64,000 nucleotides of DNA from Phycisphaerae bacterium (GTDB lineage: Bacteria > Planctomycetota > Phycisphaerae > Sedimentisphaerales > UBA12454): positions 70,636-134,635 of the forward strand of contig JBAZHC010000001.1 in assembly GCA_041652575.1 (NCBI GenBank), given 5' to 3'. Below the pieces are notes generated by a model. It made no database searches, was not told the origin of the DNA, and was given only the letters and a program-made list of their open reading frames with translations. This document shows positions 9,658 to 18,327 of this stretch, one piece after another. Each line of letters begins with the position of its first letter. The first letter of the stretch is position 1. The position numbers were made by a program, and so were the translations under genes.

Positions 9658-9719
9658 AACCACGAATGAACACGAATAAATTAGAATTAAAATTTTATAT
9701 CTCTGTGTCCTCTGTGGCT
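9658..9719. repeat. Family A intergenic element (CCAC-GAA-type arm, AT loop, CTCTGTGG-type arm)
   Basis: aaccacgaatgaacacgaataaa, then an AT-rich loop, then ctctgtgtcctctgtggct. The two arms are only weakly complementary. Confidence 0.5.
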
Positions 9720-9791
9720 GAAAGAATGAGTTAGTCTGCTAAACAGGCAGTTGAAAATGAAATAATAACGTTTATAGGAAAGGCAATTAAA

Positions 9792-10787
9792 ATGAAAACG
9801 AAAAAAAGAAAATCTGGTTTTACGATTGTCGAGCTTCTGACAGTTATGGCCATTATAGCCATACTGATGGGCCTGCTTGTGCCGGCTCTTAATCAGGTCA
9901 GAAAACTTGCAAAAGACACAAGTCAAAAAGCGCAGTTTCACGCTATCGATGCGGCTTTGGAAGGCTATTATGCCGACAATCTGGCGTATCCTGATTCTGC
10001 GATATCGAAAACAAGCAATGTTTATACTGTAGGCGCCCAAAAACTCGCCGAGGCTCTTGTCGGAAGGGATTTGTTTGGACGTGACAATATGTCGAGCTGG
10101 GACGCAAAGAAAGATGAGCTTGACCCAAACAGCGACGCTATTTACGCAATTGAGGCGTATGGTTCTACTCCAGCTCAGGTAACATTCAGTCTTGGTAATA
10201 GAACAAAGCTTTATCTCAATCCGGATAAGGTGGAAGCGTTTGGAGTTGGTCAGTTGTATAGTAATAATGATACCGCTGCCGCCGTTGTTTATCCGGGAGA
10301 CAGGGACGAAACAGGCGCCAGAATAGGTACTATTAGTAAGCCGGCTCCGGTTTTAACCGATGTGTATCTCGCAAAGAAGGTTACTTTGGCAAACAGAACG
10401 ACCAAGATGGCTGGTTCGCCGATTTTATATTACAAGGCCAATACTCATGCAACTTTTTTCCCGAATGTTGATGCAAATAGTACGGTTGATTATGCCGATG
10501 TCAATGAGACAGGCAGTATATACAACGGTATGGATAACGAAGAACTCATTAATTTGTATCAGATGATGAATCCAATAGCTACAAATATGCATCATTTTGA
10601 CCAGGCATACAATAATGCTGAAACACCCCAAAAGAATGGCGGATGGATTTTCTATAAAACTATTACTAACCCTACGTTTATCACTCAGCCTCGGCCATAT
10701 AATATGGATAGCTATATCCTGATATCAGCCGGTGCCGATGCTATATATGGAACAGCGGACGATATTTATAATTTCCAGTCGCAATAA
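9792..10787 (+). CDS. Prepilin-type N-terminal cleavage/methylation domain protein, GspG-like with a large insert
   Basis: The leader is MKTKKRKSG followed by FTIVELLTVMAIIAILMGLLVPAL. The C-terminal ISAGADAIYGTADDI resembles the GspG Ca-binding tail. Confidence 0.85.
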   Translation: MKTKKRKSGFTIVELLTVMAIIAILMGLLVPALNQVRKLAKDTSQKAQFHAIDAALEGYYADNLAYPDSAISKTSNVYTVGAQKLAEALVGRDLFGRDNMSSWDAKKDELDPNSDAIYAIEAYGSTPAQVTFSLGNRTKLYLNPDKVEAFGVGQLYSNNDTAAAVVYPGDRDETGARIGTISKPAPVLTDVYLAKKVTLANRTTKMAGSPILYYKANTHATFFPNVDANSTVDYADVNETGSIYNGMDNEELINLYQMMNPIATNMHHFDQAYNNAETPQKNGGWIFYKTITNPTFITQPRPYNMDSYILISAGADAIYGTADDIYNFQSQ

Positions 10788-10797
10788 ATGTGAAATA

Positions 10798-10824
10798 GCC
10801 GCAAAGGCACTAAGGCACGAAAGA
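10798..10824. repeat. Family A half-element (agccgcaaaggcactaaggcacgaaag)
   Basis: It has the same CAC-NAAG periodic motif as the other family A arms. Confidence 0.5.
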
Positions 10825-10838
10825 AAATATTGGAATGG

Positions 10839-10858
10839 ATTCCCGCCTTCGCGGGAAT
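10839..10858. repeat. Short GC hairpin attcccgc-cttc-gcgggaat
   Basis: A perfect 8-bp stem with a 4-nt loop, located between two pilin genes. Confidence 0.6.
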
Positions 10859-10950
10859 GACATTACTTTGTGTCTCCCGTAAGGGATGGCCAAGCCATTG
10901 GTGTCTTAACGGCAAAAAAGGGGCAAAAAATGAAGACCGAAAAAAAATAT

Positions 10951-11028
10951 AGTCGCAAAGGCACAAAGGCACTAAAAGAAAATAGAAATATTTATTTTAA
11001 AACTTCGTGTCTTAGTGGCTTAGTGGCT
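10951..11028. repeat. Family A imperfect inverted repeat overlapping the next pilin start codon
   Basis: The left arm is agtcgcaaaggcacaaaggcactaaaag, followed by an AT loop and the right arm cttcgtgtcttagtggcttagtggct. A GTG at 11023 lies inside the right arm. Confidence 0.6.
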
Positions 11029-11925
11029 AAAGCGGGATTTACGCTGGTCGAAGTTTTGACGACGCTGACGATTATTGCGATTCTTATAGGAATACTGCTG
11101 CCGGCACTGGGACAGGTAAAAAAGTTCGCAATAGAAGCCAGACAGAAAGCGCAAATCAGCAGTATCGATATCGCCGCGAATCTCTATAAAAACGACTTTG
11201 GCGAGTATCCGCCATCGCACGGCAGTAGTTTTGATCCATTGCCGGCTAATGACGGTATTAACTATTGCGGCGCCCAGACACTTGCCGAGGCACTTGTAGG
11301 CTATGACCTGCTCGGCGTTCATCGTAATTCTGTATTCAAAGCGAATGGCTATGATAGTAATTCCCCTACTCCGGTAAATCTTTATCCCTCGAATCCTGAC
11401 GCTGTAAACCTTAGCAAACGCAAAGGGCCTTATCTTGACAGGACGAACATCGGCGTTTTTAAGCCTAAAGATATATTTGCCAATTTAACAGACTTGAAAT
11501 ATCCGGACAACTATGTGATTTGCGATGCTTTTGCTGTGGTAAGCAAAAAAATCGGCGGGAAAACATACAAAATCGGCACACCTGTTCTGTATTTCAGGGC
11601 CAACCCTTCTCCGGTTAATATGCAGCTTATCTCCAGTACGACCGTGGATAGCCATTTAAATAACATCTATAACTATTTTGATAATTATCCAACCATACTT
11701 ACCGGGATAAATAATAAAAAACCCCATAAGCTTTATGAATCGACTCCGAACGGCAGTACCTTTTATAATTTTATCAGGGATACGATGATACCGATTGTAA
11801 CCCCGCCGGCCAACAGTTGCGGCAGGCCTGTTAGGCCGGACTCGTTTATTTTGATTTCGGCAGGCTCCGACGGCCTTTATGGAACGAACGACGATATTTG
11901 TAATTTCGAGCCCAATTTTGAGTGA
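11023..11925 (+). CDS. Prepilin-type protein, paralogue of 9792-10787 (GspG-like)
   Basis: A GTG start at 11023 gives the leader MAKAG followed by FTLVEVLTTLTIIAILIGILLPAL. The C-terminus is ISAGSDGLYGTNDDI. The ORF-track start at 10870 would add about 50 aa translated from repeat DNA. Confidence 0.8.
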   Translation: MAKAGFTLVEVLTTLTIIAILIGILLPALGQVKKFAIEARQKAQISSIDIAANLYKNDFGEYPPSHGSSFDPLPANDGINYCGAQTLAEALVGYDLLGVHRNSVFKANGYDSNSPTPVNLYPSNPDAVNLSKRKGPYLDRTNIGVFKPKDIFANLTDLKYPDNYVICDAFAVVSKKIGGKTYKIGTPVLYFRANPSPVNMQLISSTTVDSHLNNIYNYFDNYPTILTGINNKKPHKLYESTPNGSTFYNFIRDTMIPIVTPPANSCGRPVRPDSFILISAGSDGLYGTNDDICNFEPNFE

Positions 11926-11935
11926 TGATAAAAAT

Positions 11936-12043
11936 GGGTATGGGTATGGGTAACGGTAACGTTGCATGTTGCGGACATTCAGGACGTTACCGAAACCGAC
12001 ATCATTCTACGCGACTTTACCGATACCTATACCTATACCGAAA
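11936..12043. repeat. Family C long imperfect palindrome (gggtatgggtatgggtaacggtaacgt ... acgttaccgaaaccg ... ttaccgatacctatacctatacc)
   Basis: Nested complementary arms are readable directly. It lies between two pilin genes. Confidence 0.6.
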
Positions 12044-12057
12044 TTTAAATGTGATTT

Positions 12058-12555
12058 ATGCTGATGATAAAAAAAAATGGTATGACATTGATAGAGATTC
12101 TGGTCGCCGTTGCCATTGTGGCGATTCTGGCGGCGGGACTCTATTCTGTCAGCAATTATGTCGAAACGCAGGCAAAGATAAAACTTACCGAATCGACAAT
12201 AGAGATTCTCACCGGCGCGCTTGAGCAGTATTATGATTTCTACGGCTCTTTCCCGGACCCCAATGCGACTTATCCTGCTGGCTGTGACCTCCCTGTGGAA
12301 AAACTGTATTACAAACTTACTCTCGCACCGGAGGCTAAAAAAATTCTTAATCAGATAAAGCCTTCGCTGATAGTAAATGTTAATACGAATGAATCTCCGG
12401 CGAAGATTTTCCCAGAGGTTGTTGACGCATGGGGCACGGCAATGAAATATGATTACATAAAAAATACAGTTCAACAGGATAATTTCCCTGTAATTACTTC
12501 AGCCGGCCCCGATAAGGATTTTAACAAAACCGATGATAATCTTACCAGCAGATAA
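12058..12555 (+). CDS. Small prepilin-type pseudopilin/pilin (GspG/H-like)
   Basis: The leader is MLMIKKNG followed by MTLIEILVAVAIVAILAAGL. The C-terminus is ITSAGPDKDFNKTDDN. Confidence 0.8.
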   Translation: MLMIKKNGMTLIEILVAVAIVAILAAGLYSVSNYVETQAKIKLTESTIEILTGALEQYYDFYGSFPDPNATYPAGCDLPVEKLYYKLTLAPEAKKILNQIKPSLIVNVNTNESPAKIFPEVVDAWGTAMKYDYIKNTVQQDNFPVITSAGPDKDFNKTDDNLTSR

Positions 12556-12556
12556 T

Positions 12557-12718
12557 AAAAAAATATGAAATTCAAAATGAAAACTCGAAGCACGAAACTC
12601 GAAATTCGAAACAATATCAAAATACGAAATACGAATGTTCAAAATAAGTTGTTTTGGTCATTTTTAGGTTTTTGTAATTCGGATTTGTTTCGGATTTCGA
12701 TATTGGAATTTCGGATTT
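12557..12718. repeat. Family B ~140-160-bp intergenic repeat, copy 1 (long imperfect hairpin of cgaaat/atttcg units)
   Basis: In a by-eye alignment of the ~125-nt core it matches 15505-15641 at roughly nine positions in ten. Its two halves are partly self-complementary around tgttcaaaa...ttttggtca. Confidence 0.75.
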
Positions 12719-12722
12719 AAAA

Positions 12723-13499
12723 ATGAGACCTGTGCTTAAAAAAAAACGAAACCAAAAGAACAGGACAGCCCCGCCCGGACGGGCAGGCTTTTCGCTGGTG
12801 GAGCTGCTTGTTGTTATTGGGATAATTGCTGTCCTTGTCGGCCTTTCGATGCCGGCGATAAACGCGATGCAGAAGTCTTTTGACTCCACAGGTTCCGAAG
12901 GAATGATTAGCACGGCACTTTCTACTGCCAGAACGCTCGCAATCAGCCGGCAGAAATACGCCGGCGTCAGATTTCAAAAAGTCTATGATAAGGATGGCCT
13001 GCAGAAAGCCGACCAGTATATGATTTTTATAATTCACGATGAAGACCAGAGCACCCTTACCGATGAGTTTCATGCCGTTGACGGTTATAAGCCTATGCGG
13101 CTGCCGGAAAATATCGGTGTAATGGATTTAACCGGAATAAGTTCTATTAGCGGCGATGCGGCGCTTTCTAACGCCACCACATTTTCGATATTATTTTCAC
13201 AGGCAGGCAGGCTTGTAATTCACGATGTTCAGACAAGAAACAAGGATGGATTAACTACAAACGGTAGCAAGGACGATGTTTTTAATACAAAAACGCAGGT
13301 ACAATCCGGCGTCGGAATGTTTTTGCAGGATGATTATCCTGCCGATGGTCTTGATAAGGAACAAAGCCGAAATAAATTTGTTATCTATGACCGTGAAAAG
13401 TTTGGAACGATGTTAACGGACGGCCAAAAAATGGATTATTTAAATGGGCTTAAGCCTGTGTATGTAAATCCTTATACAGGCGCGTTGATTGAAAAATAA
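12723..13499 (+). CDS. Prepilin-type N-terminal cleavage/methylation domain protein (GspH/FimT-like)
   Basis: A long basic leader ends in GRAG and is followed by FSLVELLVVIGIIAVLVGLSMPAI. Confidence 0.8.
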   Translation: MRPVLKKKRNQKNRTAPPGRAGFSLVELLVVIGIIAVLVGLSMPAINAMQKSFDSTGSEGMISTALSTARTLAISRQKYAGVRFQKVYDKDGLQKADQYMIFIIHDEDQSTLTDEFHAVDGYKPMRLPENIGVMDLTGISSISGDAALSNATTFSILFSQAGRLVIHDVQTRNKDGLTTNGSKDDVFNTKTQVQSGVGMFLQDDYPADGLDKEQSRNKFVIYDREKFGTMLTDGQKMDYLNGLKPVYVNPYTGALIEK

Positions 13500-13506
13500 A
13501 TAATTA

Positions 13507-13560
13507 TCTCTGTGTTCTCTGTGAACTCTGTGGCTAAAAAAATTATGAACTCTGTGGCTA
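13507..13560. repeat. Family A right-arm-type units (ctctgtg...ctctgtggct), duplicated and overlapping a pilin start
   Basis: tctctgtgttctctgtgaactctgtggct is followed by a second gaactctgtggcta. No matching left arm is seen. Confidence 0.5.
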
Positions 13561-14294
13561 AAAATAACGGTTTCTCTCTTACCGAGGTCTTAATGGCCGT
13601 CGGCATACTCTCTGTCGGCCTTATGCTTGTTGCCACGATGTTTCCAGTTGGGATTTATCTTACCTCTGTCGCCTCGGAAAGGACTATGGCCGCGATTGTC
13701 GCGGACGAGGCCTTTGCCAAAATCCGGCTTTACGGTCTCGACCTTAACTCAGGTAATTGGATGTCTCCCAGAGACAAAGAATGTATGTGGTATGAAGAAG
13801 TATCTCTGATAGCAATCGACCCCAATGAATTTTCCTATCCGCCTGTTGACCCCTGTTCGACGGACAACAGCCAATATTACTGGTCTGCGTTGTGCAAAAA
13901 ATGTAATAACGATGGGAGCGATACGCGGTATCTGATTACGGTTTTTGTCGCCAGAAAAACCTCGCCTAATCATACGTATCTTAATGGCGGAGATGGCGGA
14001 AAAATACCGAGGGCTGCCGGGATTTCCGATTTGAGCCAGCCGGCCTCAAATGAGTTGAACATTGCTTATGGTAACGTCAGGTATGTCAATCCGCCTACGA
14101 CAATACTCGATAACGCTTCTGGCAGGCTGTACCGCGTTATAGAAAGAAAAGTTAGTCCTTCTACTGTAGTGGTACTGGATAGAGACTGGGATAGTGATAC
14201 TGATATCCCGAGGCAAATCTGGGTTGTACCGCCGCCGAATACCGGCGGGAAAAATGCGGATGTCGGAGTCTTTCAAAGAATAATAAGATTTTAG
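13545..14294 (+). CDS. Prepilin-type minor pilin (PilV/GspI-like)
   Basis: An ATG at 13545 gives the leader MNSVAKNNG followed by FSLTEVLMAVGILSVGLMLVATMFP. The alternative start at 13512 lies in repeat DNA. Confidence 0.75.
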   Translation: MNSVAKNNGFSLTEVLMAVGILSVGLMLVATMFPVGIYLTSVASERTMAAIVADEAFAKIRLYGLDLNSGNWMSPRDKECMWYEEVSLIAIDPNEFSYPPVDPCSTDNSQYYWSALCKKCNNDGSDTRYLITVFVARKTSPNHTYLNGGDGGKIPRAAGISDLSQPASNELNIAYGNVRYVNPPTTILDNASGRLYRVIERKVSPSTVVVLDRDWDSDTDIPRQIWVVPPPNTGGKNADVGVFQRIIRF

Positions 14295-14295
14295 G

Positions 14296-14370
14296 AGCCA
14301 CGAAGACACAAAGGCACAAAGTAAAAATAAATAATAATAAAAAACTTAGTGTCTTGGTGCCTTAGTGGCT
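14296..14370. repeat. Family A imperfect inverted repeat
   Basis: The arms 14296-14321 and 14345-14370 are complementary at 21 of 26 positions by hand count. The loop is A/T-only. Confidence 0.7.
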
Positions 14371-14433
14371 AAAAAAAATGAAAAAAGCATTTACCCCAAC
14401 ACCAATTTGTATTGTGGGGGGATAGAGAAAAAT

Positions 14434-15504
14434 ATGCGAAAACAGATTTACAAACAAATACCAAACTTTCTTGCCAATAAAAAATTGGTTAGGGGGTTTA
14501 CTATAACTGAATTACTTGTCGCGATTGGCCTGCTTGTGGCCGTGCTCGCCGCCTCGACGATGGTTTTTCATTATTCCATCGAGGCCCAGCGTACCGCGAT
14601 GGCAACGGCCGAAATCATGCGGAATTTTCGGGCTATCACCGACCAGCTTAACTCCGATTTTGCAGGCCTGCGAAAGGATGGAGAAATTTTCGTCATCTGG
14701 GCCGCTGAACAGGGCACCCATGAGAGATTCGATCGCGTAATGTTTTTCGCCAATGGCGATTTTCAATCTTATAGTACTCCGGTAATTCACGGCGACCTTG
14801 CGAGGATTAGCTATATGCTTGCCAAAAGGGATAATGCGCAGGCTGCCGTGCAGTCTCCTGAAAAGCGAATACTCGCCCGGACTCAGCATATATTTACCGC
14901 CGATACCACATTGCCGAATATTGACCCTGCCGCATTTACCACTAACCAGCAGTGGGCCGACTGGCATAATAAGCTTGAGTACGACAAGATAACTATGGAG
15001 CAGTGGAAGAACATGCCCTGGAACACAAAGGACGATATGCTCACTGTTATTACAGACGTTACTGTTGGCGGTTCGACTGTCGCTGATGCGGTTAGGGGGA
15101 CGGCTATTGACACGACCGACCCGAATTCCATTCATATGATTTTGTGTCAGGGCGTCGGCCAGTTCAAGGTGCAGGGCTGGTACGCTCCGCAGAAACGATG
15201 GGTGCCCGAAGTTGACCCCGATGGAAACGGTAATTTGTCGGATTCCGATTTCTTTATAAATGGCAGTGACATTGACCCCTGTTCGGTTCCCGGAGTATTG
15301 TATCCGTATCCGCCGAACGGAGTGGTACTTCTTGGGGGGCCGACATTTGACGGCAATTATTATACAGACCTGCTGAACGAAGAGAACTTTGGTTTTATTC
15401 CCGGCCTCGGACGGGCGCTGAAGTTTACTTTTACTTTATATGATTCCAAGGGCATTTTAAAAGGCGGCAGAAGATTTGAGCATATTGTTTATATTGGACA
15501 GTAA
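14434..15504 (+). CDS. Prepilin-type minor pilin (PilW/GspJ-like)
   Basis: An ATG at 14434 gives a leader ending in LVRG, followed by FTITELLVAIGLLVAVLAASTMVF. The ORF-track GTG at 14365 lies inside the family A repeat. Confidence 0.75.
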   Translation: MRKQIYKQIPNFLANKKLVRGFTITELLVAIGLLVAVLAASTMVFHYSIEAQRTAMATAEIMRNFRAITDQLNSDFAGLRKDGEIFVIWAAEQGTHERFDRVMFFANGDFQSYSTPVIHGDLARISYMLAKRDNAQAAVQSPEKRILARTQHIFTADTTLPNIDPAAFTTNQQWADWHNKLEYDKITMEQWKNMPWNTKDDMLTVITDVTVGGSTVADAVRGTAIDTTDPNSIHMILCQGVGQFKVQGWYAPQKRWVPEVDPDGNGNLSDSDFFINGSDIDPCSVPGVLYPYPPNGVVLLGGPTFDGNYYTDLLNEENFGFIPGLGRALKFTFTLYDSKGILKGGRRFEHIVYIGQ

Positions 15505-15641
15505 AAAATATGAAGCACGAAACTCTAAATTCGAAACAATATTAAAATACGAAATACAAATGTTCAAAACAAATTGTTTGGGTCATTTTAAGTTTTGGTG
15601 ATTCGGATTTGTTTCGGATTTCGATATTAGGATTTCGAATT
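15505..15641. repeat. Family B intergenic repeat, copy 2
   Basis: See copy 1 (12557-12718). It occupies the same position relative to its neighbours, immediately after a pilin stop codon and before the next gene. Confidence 0.75.
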
Positions 15642-15678
15642 TTGTAAGGTAACCGCCTCTTTAGATGAGGAAAGAAAT

Positions 15679-18327
15679 ATGAAAGAAAAGAAAAAGATAC
15701 AAATTAAACCAGTCAGGTCCGGCTCGGCTCTTATAATGACGATGGTTCTGACTGTGATGCTCGCGATAGTTGCCGTGATGTTCGTTTCGATGGCGCGAAT
15801 GGACAGGGCCGCAACCAGCAATATCGCCGACAATATGATGCTCGAATCCGCCGTTAAATCTCTTGTTGAAATCATCGACAAAGAACTTGTCCTCGACACT
15901 CCCGGCGTGGCGAAAAAAGCCGGCCTCTCGCAGGCCGCTTATCCGCGATATTATGATTACTGGGATTATCCCGATGCCAATGACGCCTGGCTGGCAAGTA
16001 TTGAGCCTTATTTGGAAAAAATAGACGGAACATACAAGGTATACAGATGGCGGCAAATCAGCGATGTAACCAGCTTTTTGAAAATAAGTGGTTTTGAAGT
16101 CAATGATATTGGAGTGGATCCCGTGCACGGTTCAGGGCCATTCAATCAGGATGTAATAAAGGATTATCCTGATATAAGTCTTAATACAGACGGAACCCTT
16201 AAAGAACAACTGGCTGATGCTGATGGTGACGGCATAGCCGATTCGAAATGGATTGAACTGGCGGATTTACGCTCATCAAAAGGCCAACGCATTTACGCTG
16301 CCGTTCGCATAATTGACAATGGCGGAATGGTTAATGTCAATACCGCCCACACATTCGACCCAACCGGCGCGCTGGCCGGAATCAACGGCAAAAGCCAGAT
16401 GCAGATAAACCTTAAAGGCCTTTTGAAGGACGCCGATACAATCACCAAACTGCACCAGGCCCGCTGCGGCACCGAGCCGAACAATTGGGCCGATTATGAG
16501 AAAGATATTATCTGGGATTATAACAGTATATCAGACACCGGCTATCTGCCCTTTGATATCTCCGATGAACTCGAATTGAAATACCGCTATTGCATAGACA
16601 GCAAATTCATCAGCCGTTTCGAAGCCAATATGCCGAACACAATAAAAACATACGGAAATCCCGGCAGCCTTTACGATGCGTCCAGCGACTGGGGGCTCAT
16701 CGACTGGCAGAATAGGATTGCCGACCCGAACTTTCCCGCGTACGCAAGCGGCGACCGCAGGCATTTGCTGACCGCATACAGTGTTGACCGCATTATCGAC
16801 CCCAACGGCGACAAAATGCTCAATGTTAATACCGTATCCGACCCGAAGAAATTGTACCGCATAATGCGTAAGGCGATTCGCAGCACTAATCCTGCTTTGG
16901 ACGCCAATATAGCCGCCCAAATTGCGGTTAACATAATTGATTATCGCGATACCGATTCGGATGTTAACGTTTTTCACAATCCAGACAACGGCAAATACTA
17001 TTACGGCTTCGAACGGCCCTGTGCTTACATTTCGGAATTGGCGTACAGGCAGGTAACAGATTTGAATATACCCGAAACCTATAAATCTTACGCGATTGAG
17101 CTTTATAAGCCTGATTTTATTGACCAGTCCCCGAATGGATGGCAGCTTTTGGTCAATGGCATAGCTTATGATGTTAACTGGTTAGGGACAAAACATTTTT
17201 ATGTCATAAAATGGGAAAATTCCAACGCCCCATTCGCTGTGAGTTATAGCGATGCTAATGTCCGGACAATACCCAATCCGCTTTCCACTCCTATATTTAA
17301 TGCCGGTAATACGATTGCATTGGTACGAAAAGCTGCCAATGGTGAAAACCTCGTGGTTGATTCTAACAATGTTCCGGCCGGCTGGCCCCCGTCAGCCAGC
17401 GGCATTTATGATTATCGAAGAAATATTACAATGCACAAATGTATGAGGCGTTTATGGCAGGTATCTGGTTCAGCTACACTTGGCAGTGCTAATGGCTATA
17501 CAAGCCCTCTTTACGACTATTATTATATTCAGGCCCATCCGGCCAATAGCGCCTTTACGAATATCGGCGACATAGGAATGGTTTTTCGCAAAGCCGCTTA
17601 TTATCCTCTTGGCGCCTCCGCCGCCGATAAAGCTGATGCGATTGGTTACAGTGTCAATACGAGCAGGGAAATCGGTGTTCGTCTGAATTTAGCGGACCCC
17701 AATTATCAGCAGATTTTCAGGTATCTGACCGTGATGGACCCGCACACTCGTAATCCGGCCAATGATGTAAATGAAACAAGAATAAAGGGCAGAATCAATA
17801 TTAATACCGCCTCGGCATATACGATAGCGCAATTGCCGTGGGTTTCAAAAAGAAAAAGCGGCAGCTACAACGGCACCGCTCTCGCCAAGGCGATAATTGC
17901 TTACAGGGATAAGACCGCGATAGATTCTCCGCCTTATACCAGCCGTACAGGAATCCCCGGTTTTACCAGAAGTATTGGTCAGCTTTGTAATGTTAATGTT
18001 GGTGGTGTCCCGGAATTCAGAATTGATTATTACGGTCGGGACATTGTTCCGGTGTCCCCTTTCGCGCCTATAGACCAGAATAGTTTTCCCGACCTTACGT
18101 TCAATGATGGAGCGGCCAATGATTTTGAGGAACGCGATTTGATTTTCGCCCGCGTAAGCGACCTTGTTACTATTCGCAGCGATATCTTTACCGCGTATAT
18201 ATTAGTGCGAATCGGCGTTGACGGCCCGCAGAAAAGATATATGGTAATCCTCGACCGCAGCGGCGTCAAAAAGTCTTCAGACAAAGTTAGGATAATCGCC
18301 TTTCAGTCCGTACCTGAGGCCAGATAA
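15679..18327 (+). CDS. Very large GspK/PilX-like minor pseudopilin (882 aa)
   Basis: The N-terminal RSGSALIMTMVLTVMLAIVAVMFV has no Glu5, as in GspK. The C-terminal GRININTASAYTIAQLP is a GspK-like helix-hairpin-helix motif. An internal DADGDGIAD Ca-binding-type loop is present. Confidence 0.7.
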   Translation: MKEKKKIQIKPVRSGSALIMTMVLTVMLAIVAVMFVSMARMDRAATSNIADNMMLESAVKSLVEIIDKELVLDTPGVAKKAGLSQAAYPRYYDYWDYPDANDAWLASIEPYLEKIDGTYKVYRWRQISDVTSFLKISGFEVNDIGVDPVHGSGPFNQDVIKDYPDISLNTDGTLKEQLADADGDGIADSKWIELADLRSSKGQRIYAAVRIIDNGGMVNVNTAHTFDPTGALAGINGKSQMQINLKGLLKDADTITKLHQARCGTEPNNWADYEKDIIWDYNSISDTGYLPFDISDELELKYRYCIDSKFISRFEANMPNTIKTYGNPGSLYDASSDWGLIDWQNRIADPNFPAYASGDRRHLLTAYSVDRIIDPNGDKMLNVNTVSDPKKLYRIMRKAIRSTNPALDANIAAQIAVNIIDYRDTDSDVNVFHNPDNGKYYYGFERPCAYISELAYRQVTDLNIPETYKSYAIELYKPDFIDQSPNGWQLLVNGIAYDVNWLGTKHFYVIKWENSNAPFAVSYSDANVRTIPNPLSTPIFNAGNTIALVRKAANGENLVVDSNNVPAGWPPSASGIYDYRRNITMHKCMRRLWQVSGSATLGSANGYTSPLYDYYYIQAHPANSAFTNIGDIGMVFRKAAYYPLGASAADKADAIGYSVNTSREIGVRLNLADPNYQQIFRYLTVMDPHTRNPANDVNETRIKGRININTASAYTIAQLPWVSKRKSGSYNGTALAKAIIAYRDKTAIDSPPYTSRTGIPGFTRSIGQLCNVNVGGVPEFRIDYYGRDIVPVSPFAPIDQNSFPDLTFNDGAANDFEERDLIFARVSDLVTIRSDIFTAYILVRIGVDGPQKRYMVILDRSGVKKSSDKVRIIAFQSVPEAR

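Noticed and set aside
10870-11022. The N-terminal extension of the second large pilin ORF (MSPVRDGQAIG...SCLSGLV).
   Set aside because: It is translated from family A repeat and hairpin DNA. A GTG at 11023 gives a canonical short prepilin leader (MAKAG then FTLVE). The same reasoning was applied to 13512 versus 13545 and to 14365 versus 14434.
11922-12474. ORFs 11922-12224 (+, MMIKMGMGMGNGNV...) and 12007-12474 (-).
   Set aside because: The first is a read-through of the ggtat/ggtaac palindrome into the real pilin gene in another frame. The second is antisense to that pilin. Both have low-complexity or repeat-derived sequence.
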